This document shows, one piece after another, positions 38,973 to 48,684 of a DNA stretch of 64,000 nt. Under the pieces are notes generated by a model. The model made no database searches, was not told the DNA's origin, and was given only the letters and a program-made list of their open reading frames with translations. The translations under genes were made by a program, and so were the position numbers. The DNA is from a virus, in the IMG/VR virus record IMGVR_UViG_3300025085_000010, positions 15,188 through 79,187 of that record; one strand, 5' to 3'. Position 1 is the first letter of the stretch, and the number at the start of each line of letters is the position of its first letter.

Positions 38973-40668
38973 GAAAATTCGTTGGAAAAATTTTCTATCC
39001 ACTGGTAATCAGTATACTGAGATAGGATTTACACAACACCCAACAAATCTGATTATTGGAACTAATGGAGCTGGCAAGAGCACTTTACTTGATGCTCTCA
39101 CCTTTTCTCTGTTTGGGAAACCATTTCGTAAAATCAACAAACCTCAACTAGTCAATTCAGTCAACGAGAAGGACTGTATTGTTGAGGTAGAGTTTTCTAT
39201 TGGGAATACTAATTGGAAAGTTGTTCGTGGTATCAAACCAAATGTTTTTGAGGTGCATCGTGATGGCACTCTTCTAGATCAGTCTGCAGCTGCACTTGAT
39301 CAGCAGAAGTGGTTTGAGCAAAACGTCATCAAGATGAACTATAAATCTTTTACTCAAATTGTAATTCTTGGTAGTAGCACGTTTGTTCCTTTTATGCAAC
39401 TGACTGCTACAAATCGTAGAGATGTGATTGAGGATCTTCTTGATATTCGTATCTTCTCCTCTATGAATAATCTGATGAAGGATAAGATTCGTCAGGTCAA
39501 AGAGGATATTAAAGTTTTAGATCTTAAGAAAGAATCTTTGAGCGATAAAGTTAAGATGCAAACTAACTTTATTGAAGAGATTGAGAATAAGAGTCAGGAA
39601 GATATTGCCATCAAAGAAAAGAATATTGGTTATATCTTGAATGAAGAGAACAATTTGATGAATCATGGCGAGAGACTGAATGAGGAACTCATTTCTCTTG
39701 AAAAGAAACTTGAAAAGTATTCTGGAGCTACAGAGAAACTCCGTACACTGGGTAATCTGAAAGGTAAGATCTCTAATAAGGTAGCGACGATTACGAAGGA
39801 GCATAAATTCTTCACACAAAATACGGTTTGTCCTACCTGTGATCAAGCGATTGAAGAGACCTTCAGAATAAATAGAATTACCGACGCTCAAAATAAAGCA
39901 AAAGAGTTGCAATCCGGTTATAAAGAACTGGAACAGGCGATTAATAAGGAAGAAGAGCGAGAGCGTCAATTCACCACTCTATCGAAGGAGATTACTACCC
40001 TAACACATGGCATTTCTCAAAACAATATTAAGATCGCTGGATGTCAACGACAGGTCAGAGATCTGGAATCGGAAATTCAAAGAGTTACCGATAACCTTGC
40101 AAATAGAACTACTGAGAATGACAAGTTAGCAACCTTCAAGGATAATCTAAAAACTACATACGACGAACTCGTTCAACGTAAGGACACGATCAACTATTAC
40201 GATTTTTCGTATAGTTTACTTAAAGACGGTGGAGTCAAATCTAAAATCATCAAGAAGTATTTGCCGCTGATAAATCAGCAAGTCAATAAGTACTTGCAAC
40301 TTATGGACTTCTATATTAACTTCTCTCTTGATGAGGAATTTAACGAAACCGTCCAGTCCCCAATTCACGACAATTTTTCTTATTCTTCTTTCAGCGAGGG
40401 AGAGAAGATGAGAATCGACCTGGCCCTACTCTTCACTTGGCGTGAAGTGGCACGGATGAAGAATTCTGTAAATACAAATCTACTTATTATGGATGAAGTG
40501 TTTGACAGTTCTCTTGACGGATTTGGAACAGAAGAATTTTTAAAGATCATTCGGTTCGTTATCAAGGATGCGAATATCTTTGTTATCTCTCATAAGGAAT
40601 CTTTGCACGATAAGTTTGCAGATGTGATTCGATTTGATAAGGTGAAAGGATTTAGTAGGATGGTTTGA
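38959..40668 (+). CDS. gp46: Recombination ATPase subunit gp46 (Rad50/SbcC-like)
   Basis: GTNGAGKST, CPTC zinc hook, FSEGEK signature and LIMDEVFDSSLD. Confidence 0.96.
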   Translation: MILFEKIRWKNFLSTGNQYTEIGFTQHPTNLIIGTNGAGKSTLLDALTFSLFGKPFRKINKPQLVNSVNEKDCIVEVEFSIGNTNWKVVRGIKPNVFEVHRDGTLLDQSAAALDQQKWFEQNVIKMNYKSFTQIVILGSSTFVPFMQLTATNRRDVIEDLLDIRIFSSMNNLMKDKIRQVKEDIKVLDLKKESLSDKVKMQTNFIEEIENKSQEDIAIKEKNIGYILNEENNLMNHGERLNEELISLEKKLEKYSGATEKLRTLGNLKGKISNKVATITKEHKFFTQNTVCPTCDQAIEETFRINRITDAQNKAKELQSGYKELEQAINKEEERERQFTTLSKEITTLTHGISQNNIKIAGCQRQVRDLESEIQRVTDNLANRTTENDKLATFKDNLKTTYDELVQRKDTINYYDFSYSLLKDGGVKSKIIKKYLPLINQQVNKYLQLMDFYINFSLDEEFNETVQSPIHDNFSYSSFSEGEKMRIDLALLFTWREVARMKNSVNTNLLIMDEVFDSSLDGFGTEEFLKIIRFVIKDANIFVISHKESLHDKFADVIRFDKVKGFSRMV

Positions 40669-41294
40669 TGCCGACATTTGTACATAAGGAAACGGGAAAG
40701 AAAATATTCTTCGCGCATATTCCTAGAACAGCAGGAAGATTTGTAGAAGCTAATCTGTTAGAAAATGGGTTTGATTGGGGTGATAGTCACCTTGATACTG
40801 GGTTAGGCGTGATGTCTGTTGTGAATAATATTGAGATAGCACACTATCATCGCAAGTATTATCAAAAGTATTTGAATGTAGAAGAAGATACCCCTCAGTT
40901 CTCTATTGTTAGAAATCCTCTCACTCGATTTATTTCTGGCTCAATTTATCTAAAGAGAACATACGGTAACGATATACAATCGCAGATGGAAGATCCTATG
41001 TTGTTTGGGTCGATGATACAAAATCTTCCTTTTGAAGGATCATGGAATTGGTATCGACCACAAGTAGATTTCTTGAGCAATCAAACTCACATTTGGAAAT
41101 TTGAAAATAAGATTGGAGATGAGTTTGCTGTTTGGTTAAGTGATATCATCGGCATTAATTTAAAGTTTGATGATAAGGTAGAGTATCCAAAATCTCATGA
41201 TGAAGGAAATAAATTAAAGATGTCTCCTGCTTTGGAGGTAAATATTAGAGGTGCCTATAATAAAGACTTTGAAGTATTGTATCAAAATAGATAA
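40665..41294 (+). CDS. Sulfotransferase-family protein
   Basis: FAHIPRTAG (5'-PSB-like) and IVRNPLTRFIS (3'-PB-like) PAPS-binding motifs. Confidence 0.7.
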   Translation: MMPTFVHKETGKKIFFAHIPRTAGRFVEANLLENGFDWGDSHLDTGLGVMSVVNNIEIAHYHRKYYQKYLNVEEDTPQFSIVRNPLTRFISGSIYLKRTYGNDIQSQMEDPMLFGSMIQNLPFEGSWNWYRPQVDFLSNQTHIWKFENKIGDEFAVWLSDIIGINLKFDDKVEYPKSHDEGNKLKMSPALEVNIRGAYNKDFEVLYQNR

Positions 41295-41421
41295 AACATA
41301 TTAAATATAACGCTAACTTCATTAAGTTAGCATACGCTGACTATATAATATAGAATTGAGAGAGAATCTTATGTAACGAAAGTCTCGTTGTTATTTCTCG
41401 ATTGTATTATTAGGAGACATT

Positions 41422-41604
41422 ATGCACAATCTCATTTCACACAATCAATTAGCGGGTTGGAAACTAAGCGTTGAACGGTTGAATCATACATTAGACAAAG
41501 CGATGGATGAATCAGATGTTTTAAACGATTACTATAACTGTTTAATTGAGTGTGATGATGATCAGTCTACCTGTAAACGAGTTTGTAGGAGCATTCTTTC
41601 ATAA
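41422..41604 (+). CDS. Small Cys-containing hypothetical protein
   Basis: AGGAG RBS; 60 aa; C-x3-C-x6-C-x3-C C-terminus. Confidence 0.75.
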   Translation: MHNLISHNQLAGWKLSVERLNHTLDKAMDESDVLNDYYNCLIECDDDQSTCKRVCRSILS

Positions 41605-41639
41605 CCAACCATAGACACTTAAGAAACTGTCACTGAGGG

Positions 41640-41662
41640 CCCTCACCGAAAGGTGGGGGTTT
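41640..41662 (+). terminator. GC-rich hairpin, possible terminator
   Basis: CCCTCACC-GAAA-GGTGGGGG followed by only three T. Confidence 0.45.
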
Positions 41663-41693
41663 AGTATTATGGGTACATACAAGAGAAACCACC

Positions 41694-43829
41694 ATGGCAG
41701 TCAAGCACGAAATCAAATCCCAACTTGCTAAACTGCTTGCTACTGAAGACTTGATCGTGGAGCACAAGCAAGTGCAGACCGCTTGCTTCAACGTCCACAC
41801 CCGTGTCCTGACCCTTCCTATGTGGGAGAAGGCAAGCAACACCGTCTATGACCTGCTGGTGGGACATGAGGTTGGCCATGCACTCTTTACTCCTGATGAG
41901 AACTGGTTAGAGAAGGTTGCAGTTCCTCCCCAGTTTGTGAACGTGGTTGAGGATGCGCGAATTGAGAAACTGATGAAGCGCAAATATGCCGGACTAGCAA
42001 AAACTTTCTACCATGGGTACAAGGAATTACAAGCAGAAGACTTTTTCTCTATATCTGACAGCAGTATTGCTGATCTTAATCTTGCTGATCGTGCAAATCT
42101 ATACTTTAAGGTCGGTAATTTTGTAGATATTTCTTTTGATTCTGAAGAGAAAGTATTGATTCAGAAAATCGCAGATGTAGAAACATTTGATGATGCGTTA
42201 AGAGTTGCTGAAGAATTATATCTTTATTGTAAGAAAGAAAAAGAAGAGAAAGTAACTGATATGCCTATGCCACCTAATGAGATGGGTGGTGAATCTGAAC
42301 AACCTGCAAATGAACCAGTACAGGAGCAGCAGGAATCTGCTGGAGAGGGTGCTGGTGACTTTATGACTCATGAGGAGATGCTTGAGGAAGCAGCACGTAG
42401 AGAGACTGGTGCTCCTCTTAAAGATGAACCAGAGGTGCAGACTGCTGATGCTCTAGAATCAAATCTGCAAGATCTTGTAGACACTGATAGTCGTGAGAAT
42501 GTATACGTGGAGATCCCTAAAGTTGATCTGAAGTATATTATTGCCAAGAACGATGATATCCATAAAGATATTGATGCTTGGTTTAATCATCAGAAGAATA
42601 ACTGTTCTCTAGGTATTTTTGAGATAGCTGATGAAGAGTTTGTTAAGTTCAAACGTAATGCACAGAAAGAAGTTAACTATCTGGTGAAAGAGTTTGAGTG
42701 TCGCAAGGCAGCAGATTCCTATGCCCGTGCTACCACTGCTCGTACAGGCATTCTTGATACTTCTAAACTGCATACCTACAAGTACAACGAAGATCTATTC
42801 AGGAAAGTCTCTGTGATTCCTGATGGTAAGAACCATGGACTGATCTTTGTTCTTGACTGGAGTGGTTCTATGAGCCGTGTGATGCTTGACACAATCAAGC
42901 AACTCTATAATCTGATCTGGTTCTGTAAGAAAGTCTCCATTCCTTTTGAGGTGTATGCTTTCACGAATGAGTGGAAGAAACCTGAAATCAATTATGAAAC
43001 TAATGAACTTGTGAAATCTGCAGACTGGACTTCTTCTTATGTGAAGAAAGAAAATCTCCTTGCTGTTCATGAGCAGTTCTCTATGATGAATCTTCTGACC
43101 AGCAAAACAAATGGTAAGCAACTAGAACATCAGTTGATTAACATCTGGCGTATTGCAAAATCCTTCAGTAATTTCTACGGATCTCCTTATTCTGTTCCTA
43201 CTCGTTTGGGTCTGTCTGGCACTCCTCTAAATGAAGCATTTGTGTGTCTTCACCAGATCCTTCCTCAGTTCCAGAAGCAGAACAAACTGCAGAAGGTTCA
43301 GTGTATTGCCTTGACCGATGGTGAAGCAAATCATCTTTGTCGCCATGTTGAAGTACAGCGTCGTTGGGAAGATGAACCTTACATGGGAACTCGTCAGTTG
43401 TCTGGTGGTGTTACTTTCCTTCGGGATCGTAAGACTGGCAATACCTACCAGGTTCCCTATGGTTATCACGGATTCTCTGACTTGATGCTACAGAATCTAC
43501 GTGATAACTTTCCGTCTGTAAATTTTGTGGGTATTCGTGTTCTTGAGGGTCGCGATGCAAACCATTTCATGAAATTGTATTATGATCAGAATTCTAATGA
43601 GTTCCGTAAGATTCAAAGTGAATGGAAAAAGCAGAGGAGTTGTATTATTAAGACCTCTGGTTATCATGCATACTTTGCGATATCTGCTGCTTCTCTATCT
43701 CAAGATGCAGACTTTGAAGTTGATGATGGTGCAACCAAAGCAAAGATTAAGTCTGCATTCATCAAGTCTCTTAAGACTAAGAAACTAAATAAGAAGGTTC
43801 TTGGTGAATTTATTTCTCTAGTAGCATGA
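41694..43829 (+). CDS. CobT-like protein: N-terminal HExxH metallopeptidase-like domain plus C-terminal VWA domain
   Basis: GHEVGH, NVVEDARIE, MIDAS DWSGS, SGTPL and LTDGE. Confidence 0.85.
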   Translation: MAVKHEIKSQLAKLLATEDLIVEHKQVQTACFNVHTRVLTLPMWEKASNTVYDLLVGHEVGHALFTPDENWLEKVAVPPQFVNVVEDARIEKLMKRKYAGLAKTFYHGYKELQAEDFFSISDSSIADLNLADRANLYFKVGNFVDISFDSEEKVLIQKIADVETFDDALRVAEELYLYCKKEKEEKVTDMPMPPNEMGGESEQPANEPVQEQQESAGEGAGDFMTHEEMLEEAARRETGAPLKDEPEVQTADALESNLQDLVDTDSRENVYVEIPKVDLKYIIAKNDDIHKDIDAWFNHQKNNCSLGIFEIADEEFVKFKRNAQKEVNYLVKEFECRKAADSYARATTARTGILDTSKLHTYKYNEDLFRKVSVIPDGKNHGLIFVLDWSGSMSRVMLDTIKQLYNLIWFCKKVSIPFEVYAFTNEWKKPEINYETNELVKSADWTSSYVKKENLLAVHEQFSMMNLLTSKTNGKQLEHQLINIWRIAKSFSNFYGSPYSVPTRLGLSGTPLNEAFVCLHQILPQFQKQNKLQKVQCIALTDGEANHLCRHVEVQRRWEDEPYMGTRQLSGGVTFLRDRKTGNTYQVPYGYHGFSDLMLQNLRDNFPSVNFVGIRVLEGRDANHFMKLYYDQNSNEFRKIQSEWKKQRSCIIKTSGYHAYFAISAASLSQDADFEVDDGATKAKIKSAFIKSLKTKKLNKKVLGEFISLVA

Positions 43830-43972
43830 CAAAAGAAAATTGGAGAGAAATTGCAAAGGCATCTGAAAAGGACCCTAAGGTGATTAAAATCCTTGAGGAT
43901 GGTCCTAGATCTCTTGGTCAGGCATATCTACTCCAAGCCATGCGATACAAGTATGGACAGTCTGGAAAGTGA
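43826..43972 (+). CDS. 48 aa hypothetical protein (not in the ORF track)
   Basis: ATGA overlap with the upstream stop; MTKENWREIAKASEKDPKVIKILEDGPRSLGQAYLLQAMRYKYGQSGK fills the gap. Confidence 0.65.
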   Translation: MTKENWREIAKASEKDPKVIKILEDGPRSLGQAYLLQAMRYKYGQSGK

Positions 43973-43977
43973 CACGC

Positions 43978-44001
43978 GGGGGGTTTGAGACCTCCCTTTT
44001 T
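43978..44001 (+). terminator. Intrinsic terminator-like hairpin
   Basis: GGGGGGT-TTGAG-ACCTCCC followed by T5. Confidence 0.55.
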
Positions 44002-44033
44002 CGTTTATAATAACTTCAGTTCAAACAAACCAC

Positions 44034-45098
44034 ATGTCCCTCTCACCTGAGTTCATTCGCACTTCCCTTCAGGGATTGTATGGTGAGTCTGTTGCTGCTG
44101 CTGATATTCGTGCCTGGTGTGCTATGAATGGTGCGAACTATCAAACTGTCACCAACAAACTTACTGATTACAAAACTAGTCGTGGAAAGTGGAACTTGAC
44201 CGTACAAGAAAAACTAGAGCAAACCTATCAGGCACCAACTGCTATGCCTGCCGTTGAACAAAACCTTATTCCTGCAAAAGATGATACCTTCGTCAGCTTT
44301 GGTAACTTCGCTGATGTTAAAAAGATTATTAAGTCCAATCTATTTTATCCTACGTTCATTACGGGTCTTTCAGGTAATGGTAAGACGTTCTCTGTGGAGC
44401 AAGCATGTGCTCAATTGGGTAGAGAACTTATCCGAGTCAACATTACAGTAGAAACCGATGAAGATGATCTTATTGGCGGTTTCCGTCTTGTTGGTGGAGA
44501 AACCGTTTGGCACAACGGACCAGTTATCGAAGCACTGCAACGGGGTGCTGTGCTGCTCCTTGATGAGATCGACCTTGCCTCAAACAAAATTCTCTGTCTT
44601 CAATCTATTCTCGAAGGAAAAGGAGTTTTCCTCAAGAAGATTGGCAAATGGGTTACTCCCGCAGAAGGTTTCCAAGTATTCGCAACCGCAAATACCAAAG
44701 GTAAAGGTTCCGACGATGGAAGATTCATCGGAACTAACGTGCTCAACGAAGCATTCCTTGAGCGATTCCCTGTGACCTTTGAGCAAGAGTATCCTGCTGC
44801 TGTCACAGAACAGAAGATCCTTGGTAAGATTTGTGAGGATGCAGATTTCTGTAAGCGTCTCTCTGACTGGGCTGACATCATCCGCAAGACCTTCTATGAT
44901 GGTGGTATTGAGGAGATCATCAGCACCCGTCGTTTGGTCCATATCGTGAAGGCATACAGTATTTTTGGAGACAAGGCAAAGGCAATTCAAGTTTGTGTAA
45001 ATCGTTTTGATGATGAGACAAAACAAGCATTCCTTGAATTGTATGATAAAGTTGACGCAGACTTCGTGATGCCCGTTGACGAAACCCCTACAATTTGA
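44034..45098 (+). CDS. cobS: CobS-like / MoxR-type AAA+ ATPase
   Basis: GLSGNGKT Walker A, LLLDEID Walker B, ATANTKG, NEAFLERF and ISTRRL. Confidence 0.9.
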   Translation: MSLSPEFIRTSLQGLYGESVAAADIRAWCAMNGANYQTVTNKLTDYKTSRGKWNLTVQEKLEQTYQAPTAMPAVEQNLIPAKDDTFVSFGNFADVKKIIKSNLFYPTFITGLSGNGKTFSVEQACAQLGRELIRVNITVETDEDDLIGGFRLVGGETVWHNGPVIEALQRGAVLLLDEIDLASNKILCLQSILEGKGVFLKKIGKWVTPAEGFQVFATANTKGKGSDDGRFIGTNVLNEAFLERFPVTFEQEYPAAVTEQKILGKICEDADFCKRLSDWADIIRKTFYDGGIEEIISTRRLVHIVKAYSIFGDKAKAIQVCVNRFDDETKQAFLELYDKVDADFVMPVDETPTI

Positions 45099-45104
45099 TA
45101 TAAT
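45076..45104 (+). promoter_or_regulatory. Sigma70-type promoter
   Basis: TTGACG-N17-TATAAT with extended -10 TG. Confidence 0.7.
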
Positions 45105-45105
45105 T

Positions 45106-45696
45106 ATGACGAACTCTTGGAGTCTACTTTACGATACGATGACTGAACATTCAAAGTATTATTATGATTATGATCGTAATGATCCAAACAGAGAAAACCC
45201 ATTTGTAGAAGATCAAAGTTTTTGGGAAGAGGATGGATTTAGTTTGACTGGTAATCCGATGGCAGCTCAAGATACCATTTGTATGGGATCAGGATCTGAT
45301 ACGATTACCTTTGGTGCTGCTCAATCAGTTCCTATGGATTATCTCTCCCTTGGTGGCGAAGACCACATTACCTTTGATCTAACTATGGATAAAAAATCCG
45401 AATCTAATAATAGACAGAAGTATAGTGAAGATGTAATTATTAAAGAACTGAAAGACTATATCACTAGAACATATGACCAGCACTATTCTGCTGGAGATGA
45501 TAAGATTCAAACCTTGGATCTTATTGAAGCTTGTGGTGATGGTGAGGCATTCTGTCGCAGCAACATCCTCAAGTATGCCTCTCGTTACGATAAGAAAGGC
45601 ACTGCACGTCGTGACATTATGAAGATTCTGCATTATGCTGTGCTTCTGATGCATTTCAACGATAAGAATGCACAACGTGAAACCTACCCCCAGTGA
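45106..45696 (+). CDS. Protein with C-terminal DUF3310-like domain
   Basis: HYS...DLIEA...FCRSNILKYASRYDKKG...DIMKILHYA. Start is uncertain (45106 or 45139). Confidence 0.65.
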   Translation: MTNSWSLLYDTMTEHSKYYYDYDRNDPNRENPFVEDQSFWEEDGFSLTGNPMAAQDTICMGSGSDTITFGAAQSVPMDYLSLGGEDHITFDLTMDKKSESNNRQKYSEDVIIKELKDYITRTYDQHYSAGDDKIQTLDLIEACGDGEAFCRSNILKYASRYDKKGTARRDIMKILHYAVLLMHFNDKNAQRETYPQ

Positions 45697-46382
45697 AACT
45701 GAGACCTTCTAATACTATGAAACTGTCCGATAAAACTATCTCTGTCCTGAAGAACTTTTCTTCGATCAACCAATCGATTCTCTTTAAGGAGGGTAGTAAA
45801 CTTCGCACTATTAGTGTGATGAAAAACATCCTTGCAGAGGCAACTGTTACTGAAGAGTTCATGAAGGATTTTGGTATCTATGATCTTAACCAATTCCTTA
45901 ATGGTTTGAGTCTGCACTCTAGTCCTGAACTTGACTTCCAAAATGATGGATATGTGATGATCCGTGAAGGTAAATCACGTTCTAAGTATTTCTTTGCAGA
46001 TCCTAACGTGATTGTTACTCCTCCTGAGAAAGACATTACTCTCCCTTCTGAAGATGTTTGCTTTGAAGTGAGCACCGATCAATTGGAGAAATTGCTTAAG
46101 GCATCGGCTGTGTACCAATTGCCAGATCTTTCTGCTGTTGGTGATAATGGTGTTGTTAAACTTGTTGTTCGCGACAAGAAGAATGATACCTCTAATGACT
46201 ATGCTGTAGTCGTTGGTGAGACTGAAGCAACATTCTCTTTCAACTTCAAAGTTGAGAACATCAAAGTCCTTCCTGGAACTTATGAAGTGGTCGTGTCACA
46301 AAAACTTTTGTCACGATTTACCTCTAAGAACCATGATCTGACTTATTATATTGCTCTAGAGCCTGATTCTACTTTCGGATGA
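45693..46382 (+). CDS. gp45: Sliding clamp gp45
   Basis: MKLSDKTISVLKNFSSINQSI, FGIYDLNQFL and YYIALE; start may be ATG 45717. Confidence 0.95.
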   Translation: MKLRPSNTMKLSDKTISVLKNFSSINQSILFKEGSKLRTISVMKNILAEATVTEEFMKDFGIYDLNQFLNGLSLHSSPELDFQNDGYVMIREGKSRSKYFFADPNVIVTPPEKDITLPSEDVCFEVSTDQLEKLLKASAVYQLPDLSAVGDNGVVKLVVRDKKNDTSNDYAVVVGETEATFSFNFKVENIKVLPGTYEVVVSQKLLSRFTSKNHDLTYYIALEPDSTFG

Positions 46383-46906
46383 ACATCTTTGTGACCTCTC
46401 CCAGTCCTTGGGAGTCTGCCAGGGTTCTCCCTGACAAGCACATCGTCAAGATGCCCCTAGAGACCTGTCAGATGCTTGCTATTGTATGCTCTGACAAGTG
46501 GGGTCATAACTTCGGCACTCTTCCTAGAGCAGATGGTACTCCCTATGCTACTGAGAAGGGTGCTTTTCGTAATCACCCTTGCACTATCTGGGCAAATGAG
46601 TTTGTGATTAACTGGCAGTGGCTTCTTGCTCATGGACTTGCTATGTGTGATGAGTATACTGCTCGTTATGGTAAGGTTCACACTTGCCAGAAGACGCTTC
46701 TAGCAGCAAAGGAGATACTTCCTACCGCAGACCCTCAAGGTCGCAGTGGAAAGGATACAACACCCTTTGTCTTTGCAGGACCTGATGAGTTCAAGTTAGA
46801 TACTTCAATATCCATCTTTGAAAAATATAAGATGTATATTGCATCTAAACCATGGGTATGTGATAATTATCTTCGTATCCCAGATCGTAAACCTGAGTGG
46901 GTGTAA
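46379..46906 (+). CDS. Pyrimidine-dimer DNA glycosylase-like protein (DenV-related family)
   Basis: MNIF...DKHIVKMPLETCQML...NHPCTIW...EYTARYGKVH. Confidence 0.65.
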   Translation: MNIFVTSPSPWESARVLPDKHIVKMPLETCQMLAIVCSDKWGHNFGTLPRADGTPYATEKGAFRNHPCTIWANEFVINWQWLLAHGLAMCDEYTARYGKVHTCQKTLLAAKEILPTADPQGRSGKDTTPFVFAGPDEFKLDTSISIFEKYKMYIASKPWVCDNYLRIPDRKPEWV

Positions 46907-47241
46907 TGAAACATATTCTTTTTACCTTGAAAGGATGTCCATTTGATTTACTTGATGATAAAGAGTTTATACGAATGGTTTTGTTCAGAGCATCAAAAGA
47001 ATGCAAATCAACACTGCTTGATTTGACAGTACATAAGTTTGAACCACAAGGTGTAACTGGAATTGCTATGCTTGCTGAGAGTCATCTCAGCATCCATACT
47101 TGGCCAGAGAATGGCATGGCAGTTTGTGATGTCTTTACTTGTGGGGATACTGCTATACCTGAAAATGGTGTAGAATATATGAAAGAACAATTGAAGGCAA
47201 CTGATATTGTGTCTCATGAATTTGTTCGACCTTTGGAATGA
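46906..47241 (+). CDS. speD: S-adenosylmethionine decarboxylase proenzyme (pyruvoyl-dependent)
   Basis: HKFEPQGVT...LAESHLSIHTWPE self-cleavage motif and DVFTCG. Confidence 0.92.
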   Translation: MKHILFTLKGCPFDLLDDKEFIRMVLFRASKECKSTLLDLTVHKFEPQGVTGIAMLAESHLSIHTWPENGMAVCDVFTCGDTAIPENGVEYMKEQLKATDIVSHEFVRPLE

Positions 47242-48188
47242 TTATGCGTAATGAATTTTTGTGGGTAGAAAAATATCGCCCCAAAACTATTGAAGATTGT
47301 ATTTTACCAACAAATATTAAGAAGACTTTCCTAGACTTCCTAGATAAAGGTGAGATACCTAACATGCTGCTCGCAGGTCCTGCAGGGTGTGGTAAAACAA
47401 CTGTCGCTAAAGCACTCTGTAACCAACTAGGGGTAGATGTATATGTCATCAACGGATCCGATGAGGGACGCTTTCTTGATACGGTCAGAAATACTGCAAA
47501 GAATTTCGCTTCGACCGTCTCACTTCAAGCAACTGGCAAACACAAAGTCATCATCATCGATGAGGCTGATAACACAACAAACGACGTACAACTCTTACTT
47601 AGGGCGTTTACAGAGGAGTTTTCTGGAAACTGCAGATTCATCTTTACCTGCAATTTCAAAAACAAAATTATCGAACCTCTCCACAGCAGATGCGCCTGTA
47701 TTGATTTTTCAACCAACTCCAAAAGCAAACCTCAACTTGCCGCCCTCTTCTTCAAAAGACTCCAAGAAATCTTGGCTACAGAATCTATTGAATATGATAA
47801 CAAGGTCCTGGTAGAATTAATCAACAAACACTTCCCTGATTGGCGACGTGTTCTGAATGAATGCCAACGCTACTCTGTCAGTGGTAAAATTGACTCTGGT
47901 ATTCTTGCAACCTTTAGTGATGTAAAAGTAAATGACCTGGTTAAGAAACTTAAGGAGAAAGATTTTCCCGAAGTACGTAAATGGGTTGTCAATAACCTGG
48001 ACAACGATACTTCTGTCCTACTGCGTCGTATTTACGATGCTTGTTATGATTCCATGGTTCCGAATAGTATTCCTGCTGCTGTGCTTACTCTTGCTAAGTA
48101 TCAGTATCAAATGGCGTTTGTGGCGGATCAAGAAATAAATATGCTTGCTTGTCTAACTGAAATTATGGTGGAGTGTGAATTCAAATGA
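47238..48188 (+). CDS. gp44: Clamp loader large subunit gp44
   Basis: WVEKYRP, GPAGCGKTT, IIDEAD and PLHSRC. Confidence 0.96.
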   Translation: MIMRNEFLWVEKYRPKTIEDCILPTNIKKTFLDFLDKGEIPNMLLAGPAGCGKTTVAKALCNQLGVDVYVINGSDEGRFLDTVRNTAKNFASTVSLQATGKHKVIIIDEADNTTNDVQLLLRAFTEEFSGNCRFIFTCNFKNKIIEPLHSRCACIDFSTNSKSKPQLAALFFKRLQEILATESIEYDNKVLVELINKHFPDWRRVLNECQRYSVSGKIDSGILATFSDVKVNDLVKKLKEKDFPEVRKWVVNNLDNDTSVLLRRIYDACYDSMVPNSIPAAVLTLAKYQYQMAFVADQEINMLACLTEIMVECEFK

Positions 48189-48478
48189 TTAATGTAAAAC
48201 TGTTTCGTATTACTACTGGTGAAGAAGTGGTTGCAGAACTTGTTTCTGAAACTGATGATACTATAACCGTTCAGAATGGTTTAGTTGTTCTTCCTACAAA
48301 TACTGGTGTGGGATTTGCACCATGGGCCACTGTGATTGATCAGGAAAATCCAGAGATTACAGTGTCTAAACACCATGTCGTTTATATTGCTCCTGTGCAA
48401 GAAGATGTGGCCAAACGCTATAATGAAATGTTTGGTAGCAAGTTAATTACACCTGATAAGAAAAAACTGATTGTCTGA
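48185..48478 (+). CDS. Conserved hypothetical protein
   Basis: 97 aa; VKLFRITTGEEVVAEL Sm-like pattern; ATGA-coupled to gp44. Confidence 0.7.
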   Translation: MINVKLFRITTGEEVVAELVSETDDTITVQNGLVVLPTNTGVGFAPWATVIDQENPEITVSKHHVVYIAPVQEDVAKRYNEMFGSKLITPDKKKLIV

Positions 48479-48480
48479 TT

Positions 48481-48684
48481 ATGAAAAACCAAAAAGTAAA
48501 AGCACAAGTTAAATCTAAGTGGTACTACATTTTCTGGGGTACTGCCACTGTGTCAGTTGTTTTAGGTCAACTATATGTTGGCACTGGATATCGTTACATG
48601 TATAGTGGTATGCAAGAACTACTTAATAAAGTTGATGGAGTTCTTCTTCATACAACCCCTGATAATGAATCTAAATTTTATTGA
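48481..48684 (+). CDS. Small single-pass membrane protein
   Basis: Basic N-terminus followed by WYYIFWGTATVSVVLGQLYVG. Confidence 0.6.
   Translation: MKNQKVKAQVKSKWYYIFWGTATVSVVLGQLYVGTGYRYMYSGMQELLNKVDGVLLHTTPDNESKFY

Noticed and set aside
41422-41604. CP12 assignment for the small Cys-rich protein
   Set aside because: It lacks the CP12 C-terminal pattern (C-x-x-x-P-x-x-x-E-C-x-x-Y); the Cys spacing is different.
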